The notes under the pieces are model-generated. The model searched no databases. It was not told where the DNA came from and saw only the letters and a list, made by a program, of their open reading frames with translations. A stretch of 64,000 bases of DNA from Actinomycetota bacterium. Lineage in GTDB: Bacteria; Actinomycetota; Actinomycetes; Mycobacteriales; JACQDL01. Position 1 is the stretch's first letter. Each line of letters starts with the position of its first letter. The position numbers were made by a program, and so were the translations under genes. Shown piece after piece: positions 55,918 to 64,000 of this stretch. The DNA is taken from NCBI GenBank assembly GCA_016201065.1, contig JACQDL010000011.1, positions 13,772 to 77,771 of the forward strand, read 5' to 3'.

Positions 55918-57404
55918 CGCGCCTCCCGGCGTTCGTGGTCGAGGTTGGGCAGGTTCCACAGGTACATGGCCGCGTAGGCCCGCCACGGCCGCCACCGCTC
56001 CGCGCAGCCGGCCAGGTCGGTGATCCCGAGCGTGGCGGCGGCCCGGCGCAGCCCGAGATCGCCGGCCGGCAGCGCGTCCGGATCGCCCAGGGCCCGCATG
56101 GCGACGTAGCCGGCCGTCCACGGTCCGATGCCGGGCAGCGCGCGCAGCGCCAGGTCGGTGGCGTGCCGGTCCGCTCCCGGGTCCAGCGTGACCGCCCCGG
56201 ACCCGACCGCCGCGGCGAGCGCGCGCAGCGTGCCCTGCCGCGTCCTCGGCAGCCCCAGCTGCGACAGGTCCGCCTCGGCCACGACCCCGGCGGTCGGGAA
56301 CAGCCGCCACACCGCCGCCTCGCCGGTCTCCCCCATCGTCCCGGCGGGCGCGAACGCGGGCGCGGGCAGCGGCTCGCCGAGCGCGCTGACCAGCCGGCCG
56401 CAGATCGTGCGTGCCCCGGCGACGGTCACCTGCTGGCCGAGCACCGCACGGACGGCCAGCTCGAAGCCGTCGGCCGCGCCCGGCACCCGCAGGCCCGGCC
56501 CGGCGGCGATCAGCGGCGCGAGCCTCCGGTCGGTGCCGAGGATGCTCGCGACCGCGTCCGGGTCCGCGTCGGTGTCCAGCAGCCGCCGGCAGCGCTGCAC
56601 GGCCGGGGTCAGGTCGCGCAGGTCGGTGAGGTACAGCCGGACCTGGCTGGCGTCGGTGTCCGGGGTGAGCTCGGCGAACGCGGCGCCGTGCGGCAGGCGG
56701 AGCGTACGCCGGTAGCTTCCGCCGGACACCGTCTCCAGGCCGGGCACGGCCCGCGCCGCGTACCACCGCAGCAGCGCCCCGACCTGGTACGGCGGGCGGT
56801 GCCGGAGCCGCAGGGTGATCGGCCCGCCGGCCTCGGGCCCGGCCGGTGCGGCGAGCCGGGCCTGCGACGGGGTACGGCCGAAGGCCGCCCGGAACTCGTC
56901 GTTGAACTGCCGGATGCTGCCGAACCCGGCGGCGAAGGCGACGTCCGCCAGCGGCATCGCGCTCGACTCGACCAGCAGCCGGGCCGTCTGCGCACGCCGG
57001 GTCCGAGCCAGCGCCAGCGGCCCGGCGCCGACCTCCGCGACCAGGGTCCGGTGCAGGTGCCGCTCGCTCACCGCCAACCGGCGGGCGACCTCGGTCACCC
57101 CGCCGGCGTCGGCGGCACCATCCGCGATCAGGCGCAGCGCACGGGCCGCGAGGTCGGCCCGCACGTCCCACTCCGGCGATCCGGGGGTGGCGTCTGGCAG
57201 GCAGCGGCGGCAGGCCCGGAACCCGGCCGCCTGCGCCGCCCCGGGCACCCGGTAGAACCGGACGTTCGCCGGCTTCGGGGTCTGCGCGGGGCAGCTCGGC
57301 CGGCAGTAGATCCCGGTCGAGGTGACCGCCGTCACGAATCGGCCGTCGAACCGGCGGTCCCGGCTGGCCACCGCCCGGTAGCAGCTCTCGAAGTCCTCCA
57401 GCAC
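55878..57404 (-). CDS. alkA: Ada regulatory domain + AraC HTH + AlkA DNA-3-methyladenine glycosylase II fusion
   Basis: N-terminal Ada Zn domain (FVTAVTSTGIYCRPSCP...FRACRRCLPD), an AraC-type HTH (FGSIRQFNDEFRAAFGRTPS), and a C-terminal HhH-GPD (LPGIGPWTAGYVAMRALGDPD). Overlaps ogt by 40 nt, as in mycobacterial ada-alkA/ogt. Confidence 0.85.
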   Translation of the reverse strand: MLEDFESCYRAVASRDRRFDGRFVTAVTSTGIYCRPSCPAQTPKPANVRFYRVPGAAQAAGFRACRRCLPDATPGSPEWDVRADLAARALRLIADGAADAGGVTEVARRLAVSERHLHRTLVAEVGAGPLALARTRRAQTARLLVESSAMPLADVAFAAGFGSIRQFNDEFRAAFGRTPSQARLAAPAGPEAGGPITLRLRHRPPYQVGALLRWYAARAVPGLETVSGGSYRRTLRLPHGAAFAELTPDTDASQVRLYLTDLRDLTPAVQRCRRLLDTDADPDAVASILGTDRRLAPLIAAGPGLRVPGAADGFELAVRAVLGQQVTVAGARTICGRLVSALGEPLPAPAFAPAGTMGETGEAAVWRLFPTAGVVAEADLSQLGLPRTRQGTLRALAAAVGSGAVTLDPGADRHATDLALRALPGIGPWTAGYVAMRALGDPDALPAGDLGLRRAAATLGITDLAGCAERWRPWRAYAAMYLWNLPNLDHERREARCTCPPSTPRPGR

Positions 57405-57420
57405 GGGTCCAGTCTGCGCC

Positions 57421-57454
57421 GGGTCCGGTCCCGCTGCTGGCGGGATTCGGACCC
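57421..57454 (-). terminator. Hairpin downstream of acyl-CoA ligase gene
   Basis: GGGTCCG-G-TCCCGC-tgctg-GCGGGA-tt-CGGACCC gives 13 paired positions. It lies between the ligase stop (57469) and the ada-alkA start (57404). Confidence 0.45.
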
Positions 57455-57468
57455 GGCCGTGGGGCGGG

Positions 57469-59088
57469 CTACCCGGTCGGCAACGTGTAGCCGGCGAACC
57501 TCGTCCGGAGGTCCTTCTTCGAGAACTTCCCGACCGAGGTCTTCGGCACCTCGTCGATGAACACGACGTCGTCCGGCAGCCACCACTTCGCCACCCTCGG
57601 CGTGAGGAACTCGATCAGCTCCTCCTTGGTCGCCGTCGCACCCGCCGCGAGCACGACGCAGGCCAGCGGCCGTTCCTGCCACTTCGGGTGCGCGACCCCG
57701 ATCACCGCTGCCTCGGCCACCGCGGGGTGCGCCATCAGGTGGTTCTCCAGGTCCACGGAGCTGATCCACTCGCCGCCGGTCTTGATCAGATCCTTGGTGC
57801 GGTCGACGAGCCGGATGCTGCCGGAGCGGTCGACCGCGGCCACGTCACCGGTGCGGAGCCAGCCGTCCGCGGTGAACTGCTCGGCGCCATCGCCCCGGTA
57901 GTACGCCGAGGCGATCCACGGACCCCGGACCTGGAGCTCACCGGTGACCTCGTCGTCCCAGGGCAGCTCGTCGGTGGTGTCCGGTTCGACGATGCGCACA
58001 TCGACGCCGACCGGCGGGTAGCCCTGCCGCGACCGGATCTCCGCCAGCTCCTCCTCGGGTCGGCCGGCCAGCTCGGGGGGGAGGTTGTTCATCGACCCGA
58101 GTGGGCTGGTCTCCGTCATCCCCCAGGCCTGGGTGATCGGCAGTCCCAGCTTCGCGCGGTAGGCCTCCGACAGCGCCGTGGGCACCGCCGACCCGCCGCA
58201 CACGATCAGCCGGAGGCTCGACAGGTCGCGCCCCTCCAGCATGGGCAGCGCGGCCATCCAGATCGTCGGTACGCCCGCGGCGAGGGTGACCCGCTCCGAC
58301 TCGATCAGCTCGGCCAGCGGTCCGGGCTGCATCCGCGGGCCGGGCAGCACCAGCGCCGCGCCGGACATCACCGGCGCCTGGGCGAGTCCCCAGGCGTTGG
58401 CGTGGAACATCGGCACGATCGGGAGCACCACATCGCTCTGCCGGATCGCCATCACCTGCTCGGTCATGATCGACAATGAGTGCAGGTACAGCGACCGGTG
58501 GGAGTACAGCACGCCCTTCGGGTTGCCGGTGGTGCCGCTCGTGTAGCACATCGCGGCGGCCAGGTTCTCGTCCTCGATCCGGTACCGCATCGGTGCCGCG
58601 CCGGCCAGCAGGTCGGCGAAGTGCACGATCCGTGGGTCGTCCGGGATCTCGGCCGGCGCCCCGTCGTCCATCACGACGATGTGCCGGACCGTGGCGAACG
58701 TCGGCACCAGCGGCCACAGCAGCGGCAGCAGCGACCGGTCGACGAAGATCACCTCGTCCTCGGCGTGGTTGACCACGAAGGTGAGCTGCTCGGGGAAGAG
58801 CCGGATGTTCAGCGTGTGCAGGACGCGCCCGCTGCACGGCGCCGCCCAGTACAGGGCGAGGTGCCGTGCGGTGTTCCACGCGAACGTGCCGATCCGGGCC
58901 CGCTCGGACAGGCCGAGTGACTCGAACGCGCTGCCGAGCCGGCGGACCAGGCCCGCCCACTCGCCGTACGTCGTGCGTTCGACTCCGGTCGCTGTCGCGG
59001 TGACCAGCTGCCGGTCGGCGTACATCCGTTCGGCCCGATCGAGAACAGGGGGCAGCGTCAGCGGATAGGACTGCATCAGGCCATCCAT
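57469..59088 (-). CDS. Long-chain acyl-CoA synthetase (AMP-binding family)
   Basis: AMP-binding motif YTSGTTGNPKGV, TGD and a C-terminal PKTSVGKFSKK. Start at ATG 59088 after the SD gaggag. Confidence 0.9.
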   Translation of the reverse strand: MDGLMQSYPLTLPPVLDRAERMYADRQLVTATATGVERTTYGEWAGLVRRLGSAFESLGLSERARIGTFAWNTARHLALYWAAPCSGRVLHTLNIRLFPEQLTFVVNHAEDEVIFVDRSLLPLLWPLVPTFATVRHIVVMDDGAPAEIPDDPRIVHFADLLAGAAPMRYRIEDENLAAAMCYTSGTTGNPKGVLYSHRSLYLHSLSIMTEQVMAIRQSDVVLPIVPMFHANAWGLAQAPVMSGAALVLPGPRMQPGPLAELIESERVTLAAGVPTIWMAALPMLEGRDLSSLRLIVCGGSAVPTALSEAYRAKLGLPITQAWGMTETSPLGSMNNLPPELAGRPEEELAEIRSRQGYPPVGVDVRIVEPDTTDELPWDDEVTGELQVRGPWIASAYYRGDGAEQFTADGWLRTGDVAAVDRSGSIRLVDRTKDLIKTGGEWISSVDLENHLMAHPAVAEAAVIGVAHPKWQERPLACVVLAAGATATKEELIEFLTPRVAKWWLPDDVVFIDEVPKTSVGKFSKKDLRTRFAGYTLPTG

Positions 59089-59269
59089 GGGGGTTCTCCT
59101 CGCTCCGGGTTCCGCACCCGCCGACACTGCCGGGCACACCATCGCAGCACAAGGCCCGCTCGGCCGCTCGGACCGGTGCTTTTTCCGGAGATCCACGGCC
59201 GGCGGCCGGGGCCGCAGGTACCGTCACGGTGGCCGCGCCGCCGCGCCGCGCGGGTCCGGGGAGGCTCAG

Positions 59270-60085
59270 ATGAGTGGGTCCGTGCTGGTGGTCGCCCACC
59301 GCGGTTCGTCGCACCGGCGGCCCGAGCACACGCTGGCGGCGTATGTCGCCGCGGTCGAGGAGGGTGCCGACGCGCTGGAGTGCGATGTGCGGCTGACCAG
59401 GGACGGGCACCTCGTGTGTGTCCACGACCGCAGGGTGAACCGCACCTCCGACGGCCGCGGCGTGGTCAGCGAGAAGTCCCTCGCCGACCTGGCCACGCTC
59501 GACTTCGGCTCCTGGCACGGCGGGCTGCCCGACGCCGCCGACGAGCTGGTCGCGCCGGACTTCGACGACGACGGAGCGGACCGCCGGGTGCTCACCCTGT
59601 CCCGGCTGCTGGAGTTCGTGGTCGACGCCGGGCGACCGGTGCGGCTGTTCGTGGAGACCAAGCACCCGACCCGGTACGGGGGTCTCGTCGAGCAGCAGCT
59701 CGTCCAGGTGCTGCGGTACTTCGGGCTGGACCGGCCGGACGACCGGGACGGGTCCCCGGTGGTCATGATGAGCTTCGCCGCCGCGGCCGTCCGGCGGGTC
59801 CGGACCCTCGCCCCGGGCCTGCCGACGATGGTGCTCCTCGACCGGCTCCTGGCGGTACGGCGATCCGGCCGGCTGCCCACCGGCGTGGTCTGGTCCGGAC
59901 CCGGTCTGCACGTCGTGCGGGCGGTACCGGACTACGTGCAGCGGGTGAAGGCCCGCGGTGGTCGGGTGTACGTGTGGACCGTCGACGAGGCACCCGACAT
60001 CGAGCTGGTGCGGTCGCTCGGCGTTGACGCCATCGCGACGAACCGTCCCACCGAGGTGCTGGCCCGGCTGGCCGGATACGGCTGA
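59270..60085 (+). CDS. Glycerophosphodiester phosphodiesterase
   Basis: VVAHRGSSHRRPEHTLAAY, ALECDVRLTRDGHLVCVHD and a C-terminal VWTVDE...GVDAIATNRP. Start at ATG 59270. Confidence 0.85.
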   Translation: MSGSVLVVAHRGSSHRRPEHTLAAYVAAVEEGADALECDVRLTRDGHLVCVHDRRVNRTSDGRGVVSEKSLADLATLDFGSWHGGLPDAADELVAPDFDDDGADRRVLTLSRLLEFVVDAGRPVRLFVETKHPTRYGGLVEQQLVQVLRYFGLDRPDDRDGSPVVMMSFAAAAVRRVRTLAPGLPTMVLLDRLLAVRRSGRLPTGVVWSGPGLHVVRAVPDYVQRVKARGGRVYVWTVDEAPDIELVRSLGVDAIATNRPTEVLARLAGYG

Positions 60086-60118
60086 CATCGGGCCGGGAAA
60101 GCGGTCCAGGGTTGAGGG

Positions 60119-60637
60119 GTGCCGACCGATGGGTACTCCATGGGTTCGAGGTGCTGCCCGACCAGGCAGGGCGCGGGGGTGACAGACGTGCTGAGGTCCG
60201 TCTCGGTGCCGCACGACGTGGCCAGCGCCGTCCAGGTCCGCCGGCAGCTCGCCGCGGACCTGCGGGAGTGCGGGCTGGCCGAGGACTCGGTGCGGGACGC
60301 TGTGCTGCTCGGCAGCGAGCTGGTGGGCAACGCGGTACGGCATGCCCGGCCGCTACCGGACGGCACGGTCCGGGTTAGTTGGCAGATCACCGGCGGCCGG
60401 CTGCGGCTGACCGTGACCGATGGCGGAACCGGCACCGGCACCGGTGCGCCGCACCTGGTGTCCGCCGACCCGACCGCCACGGCGGGCCGCGGGCTGTCCA
60501 TCGTGGACGCGATCGCCTCCCTCTGGGGGGTCGAGACGACCGACGGCAGCACGCAGGTGTGGGTGGCCCTGCCGGCCCGGTCCGGCGCCGCCGCGGGGTC
60601 GCCGCGGGCGCTGGCTAGGCTGGCGGCGCCGACCTGA
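60119..60637 (+). CDS. ATP-binding anti-sigma-factor-like (HATPase_c_2) protein
   Basis: LGSELVGNAVRHA (N-box-like) and GRGLSIVDAIA (G-box-like). The start is ambiguous (60119, ATG 60140 or GTG 60179). Confidence 0.6.
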   Translation: MPTDGYSMGSRCCPTRQGAGVTDVLRSVSVPHDVASAVQVRRQLAADLRECGLAEDSVRDAVLLGSELVGNAVRHARPLPDGTVRVSWQITGGRLRLTVTDGGTGTGTGAPHLVSADPTATAGRGLSIVDAIASLWGVETTDGSTQVWVALPARSGAAAGSPRALARLAAPT

Positions 60638-60682
60638 GCACCCGGAGCGTTCCCGGGGCCGATCCGTCCACTGGAGCATGCC

Positions 60683-61609
60683 GTGAGCCGACGTCGCCGT
60701 CCCGTCACCGCTGGATCGCCGGCCGGCGACTCGCGCCGCCGGCCCTGCCCCTGCGGCTCGGGCAAGCGCTACAAGAACTGCCACGGCTCGGCCACCGACG
60801 TGCTGGTGGCCCGGCCGTTCGCGGGGCGGGTGGACGAGTGCGACTGGGTCGCGTTGCGCGAGCTGGTACCGGCGGCCACCGCGCCGCTCCGGATGGCCGA
60901 CCCGGCCCATGCCGGCCGGTCCGTGCTGCTCGCGACGGTGCTGCCGGTGGCGCTGCCGGCGATCGTGCGGGCCGACGGGACGATCCTGGTCGGGCTCCAG
61001 GTGCCCGTTCGCTCCGGTGACGTGAGCCGGGACATCGGGCGCGCACTACAGCGGGCGTTGGACGCCGAGCCCGGCACGATGCTGTCGTCGGCGGAACTGC
61101 CCGGGGCCGGCCCCCGGATCCAGGAGCTGCTCGACCCGGCGCCGCTGGAGATCACCGTGCGCCAGGACTTCGGGTTCTGGATGGACGACCCGGAGCTGGC
61201 CGGGGCCGAGGTCCAGGCATCGCTGGAGCGGGCGAACGCGGCGGCGCTGCCGACCGAACGGCTGGCCTCCGTGGACGCGGCGTACTGGATCGACGCCGGA
61301 GAGCGGGCGCACCTGCGATGGGTCCTGCCGCAGGAGGAGGACGCGGTGCTGGATGCGCTGGCCCGCCTCTCCGCGGTGGGCGAGCTGGGGTTGGGTCAGC
61401 GCACCCGGTACGCCGGATCGTTCCGGACCCACGGCCTGATGGCTCCGGTGTGGGACCTGCCACCCGACGTACCCGCCACCGAATGGGAGGCGCCGGCGAA
61501 GGAGTTCGCCGGCCGGCTCGCCGAGGCCCTCGCCGATCCGGCGCCGCTCACCGACCGTCAGCGGCGTGCCCGCGACGGCATCCGGTCCCGCCAGCTCACG
61601 CTGCGCTGA
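60683..61609 (+). CDS. SEC-C metal-binding motif protein (DUF5926-like)
   Basis: The N-terminal CPCGSGKRYKNCHG is a SEC-C motif. 308 aa. Confidence 0.7.
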   Translation: MSRRRRPVTAGSPAGDSRRRPCPCGSGKRYKNCHGSATDVLVARPFAGRVDECDWVALRELVPAATAPLRMADPAHAGRSVLLATVLPVALPAIVRADGTILVGLQVPVRSGDVSRDIGRALQRALDAEPGTMLSSAELPGAGPRIQELLDPAPLEITVRQDFGFWMDDPELAGAEVQASLERANAAALPTERLASVDAAYWIDAGERAHLRWVLPQEEDAVLDALARLSAVGELGLGQRTRYAGSFRTHGLMAPVWDLPPDVPATEWEAPAKEFAGRLAEALADPAPLTDRQRRARDGIRSRQLTLR

Positions 61610-61629
61610 GGGCAGTCGGGTATAGCTGC

Positions 61630-62172
61630 TCACCGTGGCGACAGGTGCTCGCGGAGGAACGCAGGCGGTGGCCTTCCGTGCTGGCGGGCCAGGTTACGCA
61701 CGGTGAGGGCGTCGGTGAGCCTCGGTCGGTCATCTGTGAGGTCGGCTTCGCGCAGGCGGCCGTCGTCATCGAAGCGGAGGGTCAGCACACGGGCCTCGTC
61801 GAGCAGCCAGAAATCCTCCATGGGTATGTCGAGCTGGGCGGCATCTGCCCGGTCGATGTAGGTGATCCGTTCGCCGGCGGCGACGGCGAGGGCCACCATC
61901 TGCATCCCGAACAGGGCGTAGTCCGAGGGGGGCCAGGTGACGACCCTCAGCCGCTCGAACCGGATGCCATTGGTGTGGCGGTCGGCGATGAAGTCTGGCC
62001 AGTGGCGATACCAGCGGTGGTCGGTGTCGGGTTCGCCAGCGAGGAACCGGGCGAGGTGCTCGGTCTCGTCCGGCTCCTCGTACCGTTCGCGGGTCTCCAG
62101 GCGGAACGCGGAGTGTTCGACGCCCATGACCAGGGCGTCGAACTCCTCCCGCGTGGTGATGGTTCGAGTCAC
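61630..62172 (-). CDS. DUF6879-like protein
   Basis: 180 aa. FDALVMGVEHSAFRLETRERYEEPDE...FLAGEPD...W matches the pattern I recall for DUF6879. The start overlaps the upstream gene's stop. Confidence 0.5.
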   Translation of the reverse strand: MTRTITTREEFDALVMGVEHSAFRLETRERYEEPDETEHLARFLAGEPDTDHRWYRHWPDFIADRHTNGIRFERLRVVTWPPSDYALFGMQMVALAVAAGERITYIDRADAAQLDIPMEDFWLLDEARVLTLRFDDDGRLREADLTDDRPRLTDALTVRNLARQHGRPPPAFLREHLSPR

Positions 62173-62375
62173 TGCGCCGTCGGGAAGTGCCGCACGAGGC
62201 CGGCGGGGATCTCGATGGCGTCCTCGTGCTCGGGTAGGCCACGTTCCCGCAACGTGGTGAGCGCGTCGGGGTCGGCGATCTTCCAGCCTTGAACGACATA
62301 GGTGCCGTGGTCGGTGGCATAGACCGACGGGCAGCCAGTCCCGATGGACTCGGTGCCGAGGTGGGTCAGCTTCAC
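62169..62375 (-). CDS. Small hypothetical protein (68 aa)
   Basis: A GTG at 62375 lies 9 nt after GGGAG. Sequence: VKLTHLGTESIGTGCPSVYATDHGTYVVQGWKI... Translationally coupled to the DUF6879-like gene. Confidence 0.4.
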   Translation of the reverse strand: MKLTHLGTESIGTGCPSVYATDHGTYVVQGWKIADPDALTTLRERGLPEHEDAIEIPAGLVRHFPTAQ

Positions 62376-62617
62376 GATGATCAACTCCCGTTCATGCGGC
62401 CGGAATGCTGCCGTCGTCCCGCAATGCGGGCGTTGTTCTTCCGGAGCCAGGGTAGGGCAGCAACACCAGCCACGCAGCACGGAGGCAGCGCTTGCGGGCA
62501 GGTGACCTGGTACGTTCGGATGGCCCGAACGAGTTGTTCCAGCGACCGGTCCCCATGGTCGCCTACGTGGCCGCTACCACGCGATGGGCATGGTCGCATG
62601 CGCGGGGACGACAACAG

Positions 62618-63859
62618 TCAGGTAACTACGTTGCGGATTTCTCCGTACAGGTCGTTGGCACTCGCGGCACCGTGGAACGGCGCCGCGCGAAGTAGACTGC
62701 CAAGTCGGTCGAGGCGCTTTTTGATCCAGGAAATCTGTCGTTCTGGTGGTAGATCAAGAATCGGGCGCACCGCTATCGCTGCGGCGTCCAGGTCGCCGAG
62801 CTGGAGATGTGCCGTGCCCTGGTAGACCTGGGCAAGAGCCTCGTCGTCGAGTGACCGGGTCTCGGGCGGTTCCGACTTCCACCTCGTGATCGCCTCGGTT
62901 GCCTCTTGCGCCGCGCGTTCGGCGTTACCCTTGCCGTCGAGCCAGATGAGACTGCTACTCGCGTAGTAGTGCTGTTTGGCAACAGAGAACTCAAATATGC
63001 CACCGAGGGTATCGGGTGTGGAGAGACGATCGCGTTCGTCCCGGGCGGTATCGAGCGCGCTGTTCGTTCCCGCTGAGTCGCCGAGGTTGGCGTGGCACTG
63101 CGCCATGCCGCACAACAGCCTTATCCGTCCGGCGCCCGACGCGGGATATCGTAGGCCATCTCGCACGTATTCTAGAGCTTGTCCGTAGTTGGCCTGGAAG
63201 CGTGCGACAAGGCTTTGTGTGCCGCGCACCCATGAACGTAGCGCGTCGTCGTCGGCACGTTCCGCGCAAGTCCAAGCAGCCTCGATGTGGGTTGAGGCGG
63301 CGTCCGCGTTTCCGAGATCAAGTGCAGCGTACGCAAGTACACCCTGCACATGGCCGAGCGCAACGTAAAGGCCAGCGAGATCGTGTGACTGATAGTTCTG
63401 GTACCGCAAGCGGTGAAGGATTTCGCTACGCAGCGAAACTGCTTCTTGAAGCATCGGGGCTGGCGCATTCCCCATATAGGCTATGGCTAGCCTATCGACT
63501 TCAATATCGATGTCATTCGACGTAAGTCGTTCGTCAGTGGTGGCGATCAAGCGAAGCGAATCCGTCACCGACGCGGTGAGCAGCCTGCCGACCAGTTCGG
63601 ACCGTTTCCGATCTTCTGCCTCAAGTTCCCATACTTCGGTCAACGTGCCGCTGCACCCGAGCGCGCTGTCCGCAAGTTCGGCGAACCGGCGGTGCGGAAA
63701 CTTCTCCCCTTTTTCCACGTGACCAATGTAGCCACGATTGAAACGGATGTTGTCGCCGAGATCCCTGAGCGACCATCCTTGTTCGCGACGCTTCTGGCGT
63801 ACAAGCGCACCGAACGGCTGCGTAGAACCGGAGCCGGCGGGCTCTGAAGGCTGAGGCAC
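62618..63859 (-). CDS. XRE-family HTH regulator with C-terminal TPR domain
   Basis: A GTG at 63859 lies 7 nt after ggaaggagg. HTH: LVRQKRREQGWSLRDLGDNIRFNRGYIGHVEKGEKFP. The C-terminal TPR-like repeats read LGHVQGVLAYAALDLGNADAA and CGMAQCHANLGDSAG. GC is noticeably lower than in the flanks. Confidence 0.75.
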   Translation of the reverse strand: MPQPSEPAGSGSTQPFGALVRQKRREQGWSLRDLGDNIRFNRGYIGHVEKGEKFPHRRFAELADSALGCSGTLTEVWELEAEDRKRSELVGRLLTASVTDSLRLIATTDERLTSNDIDIEVDRLAIAYMGNAPAPMLQEAVSLRSEILHRLRYQNYQSHDLAGLYVALGHVQGVLAYAALDLGNADAASTHIEAAWTCAERADDDALRSWVRGTQSLVARFQANYGQALEYVRDGLRYPASGAGRIRLLCGMAQCHANLGDSAGTNSALDTARDERDRLSTPDTLGGIFEFSVAKQHYYASSSLIWLDGKGNAERAAQEATEAITRWKSEPPETRSLDDEALAQVYQGTAHLQLGDLDAAAIAVRPILDLPPERQISWIKKRLDRLGSLLRAAPFHGAASANDLYGEIRNVVT

Positions 63860-64000
63860 GGCGCGGCCTCCTTCCTGTCGCCTGATGATGCCTGGCTGCG
63901 GTGGGCGACACCTGAAGTATCGACGGCATCCCAACGTCCGAGGAAGCTGGAGTCATGCCAGGAACGATATTGGTCGGCTCATCTCCACGTCGAGTCCGTG

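Noticed and set aside
55408-57171. 587-aa ORF suggesting a large protein ending in the Ogt domain.
   Set aside because: Only the last 170 codons (from ATG 55917) look like Ogt. The upstream part overlaps the ada-alkA gene in another frame and is Arg/Pro/Gly-rich.
57938-60343. 801-aa minus-strand ORF overlapping the acyl-CoA ligase, GDPD and anti-sigma-like genes.
   Set aside because: It is out of frame or antisense to genes with strong motifs (YTSGTTGNPKG; HRGSS...ECDV). It is low-complexity Arg/Pro/Gly-rich sequence and a GC artefact.

Overview
High-GC (about 70%) actinobacterial chromosome segment, called by eye from the sequence and ORF track with no database search.

The window splits into two parts.

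(1) About 1-23.2 kb is an accessory, defence-island-like region. It contains:
- HTH/TPR regulators and a NUDIX hydrolase.
- A complete four-gene Ubl-E2-JAB-E1 (Bil-like) ubiquitin-like conjugation operon. A divergent XRE repressor plus ImmA/IrrE metalloprotease pair (CapH/CapP-like) sits next to it.
- An ISAs1-family IS with a 10-bp target site duplication (TSD).
- A five-gene, translationally coupled type I R-M operon: HTH + degenerate methylase-like + TRD protein, then hsdM, hsdS, hsdR, and a Hanks Ser/Thr kinase with TPR. Its hsdS is split by an IS66-family element with an 8-bp TSD.
- A divergent TIGR04141/DUF6119-like putative PD-(D/E)xK protein.

(2) About 23.2-64 kb is mostly conserved core.
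- It starts with the actinobacterial cell-division cluster: ppiA, rhomboid, crgA, DUF881, class E sortase, trpG/pabA, pknB, pbpA, rodA, pstP, fhaB, fhaA, tRNA-Leu(CAG).
- Next come a YbaB/EspC/WXG-like triad, a CBS protein, an orphan split cytochrome b6-like operon, GGT, a tricorn protease, msrA and a three-gene sensor kinase operon.
- It ends with DinB, GlmL-like, rhodanese, ogt plus ada-alkA, an acyl-CoA ligase, GDPD, a SEC-C protein and an XRE-TPR/DUF6879-like cluster.

Five genes are visibly disrupted: two transposases and the tricorn protease by frameshifts, and a PHP phosphatase and an EamA transporter by in-frame stops. This reflects either real decay or sequence errors.

The most interesting candidates are the regulated Bil-like system and the kinase- and pseudo-methylase-augmented type I R-M operon.

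Many long ORFs in the track are antisense or out-of-frame GC artefacts and were not called.
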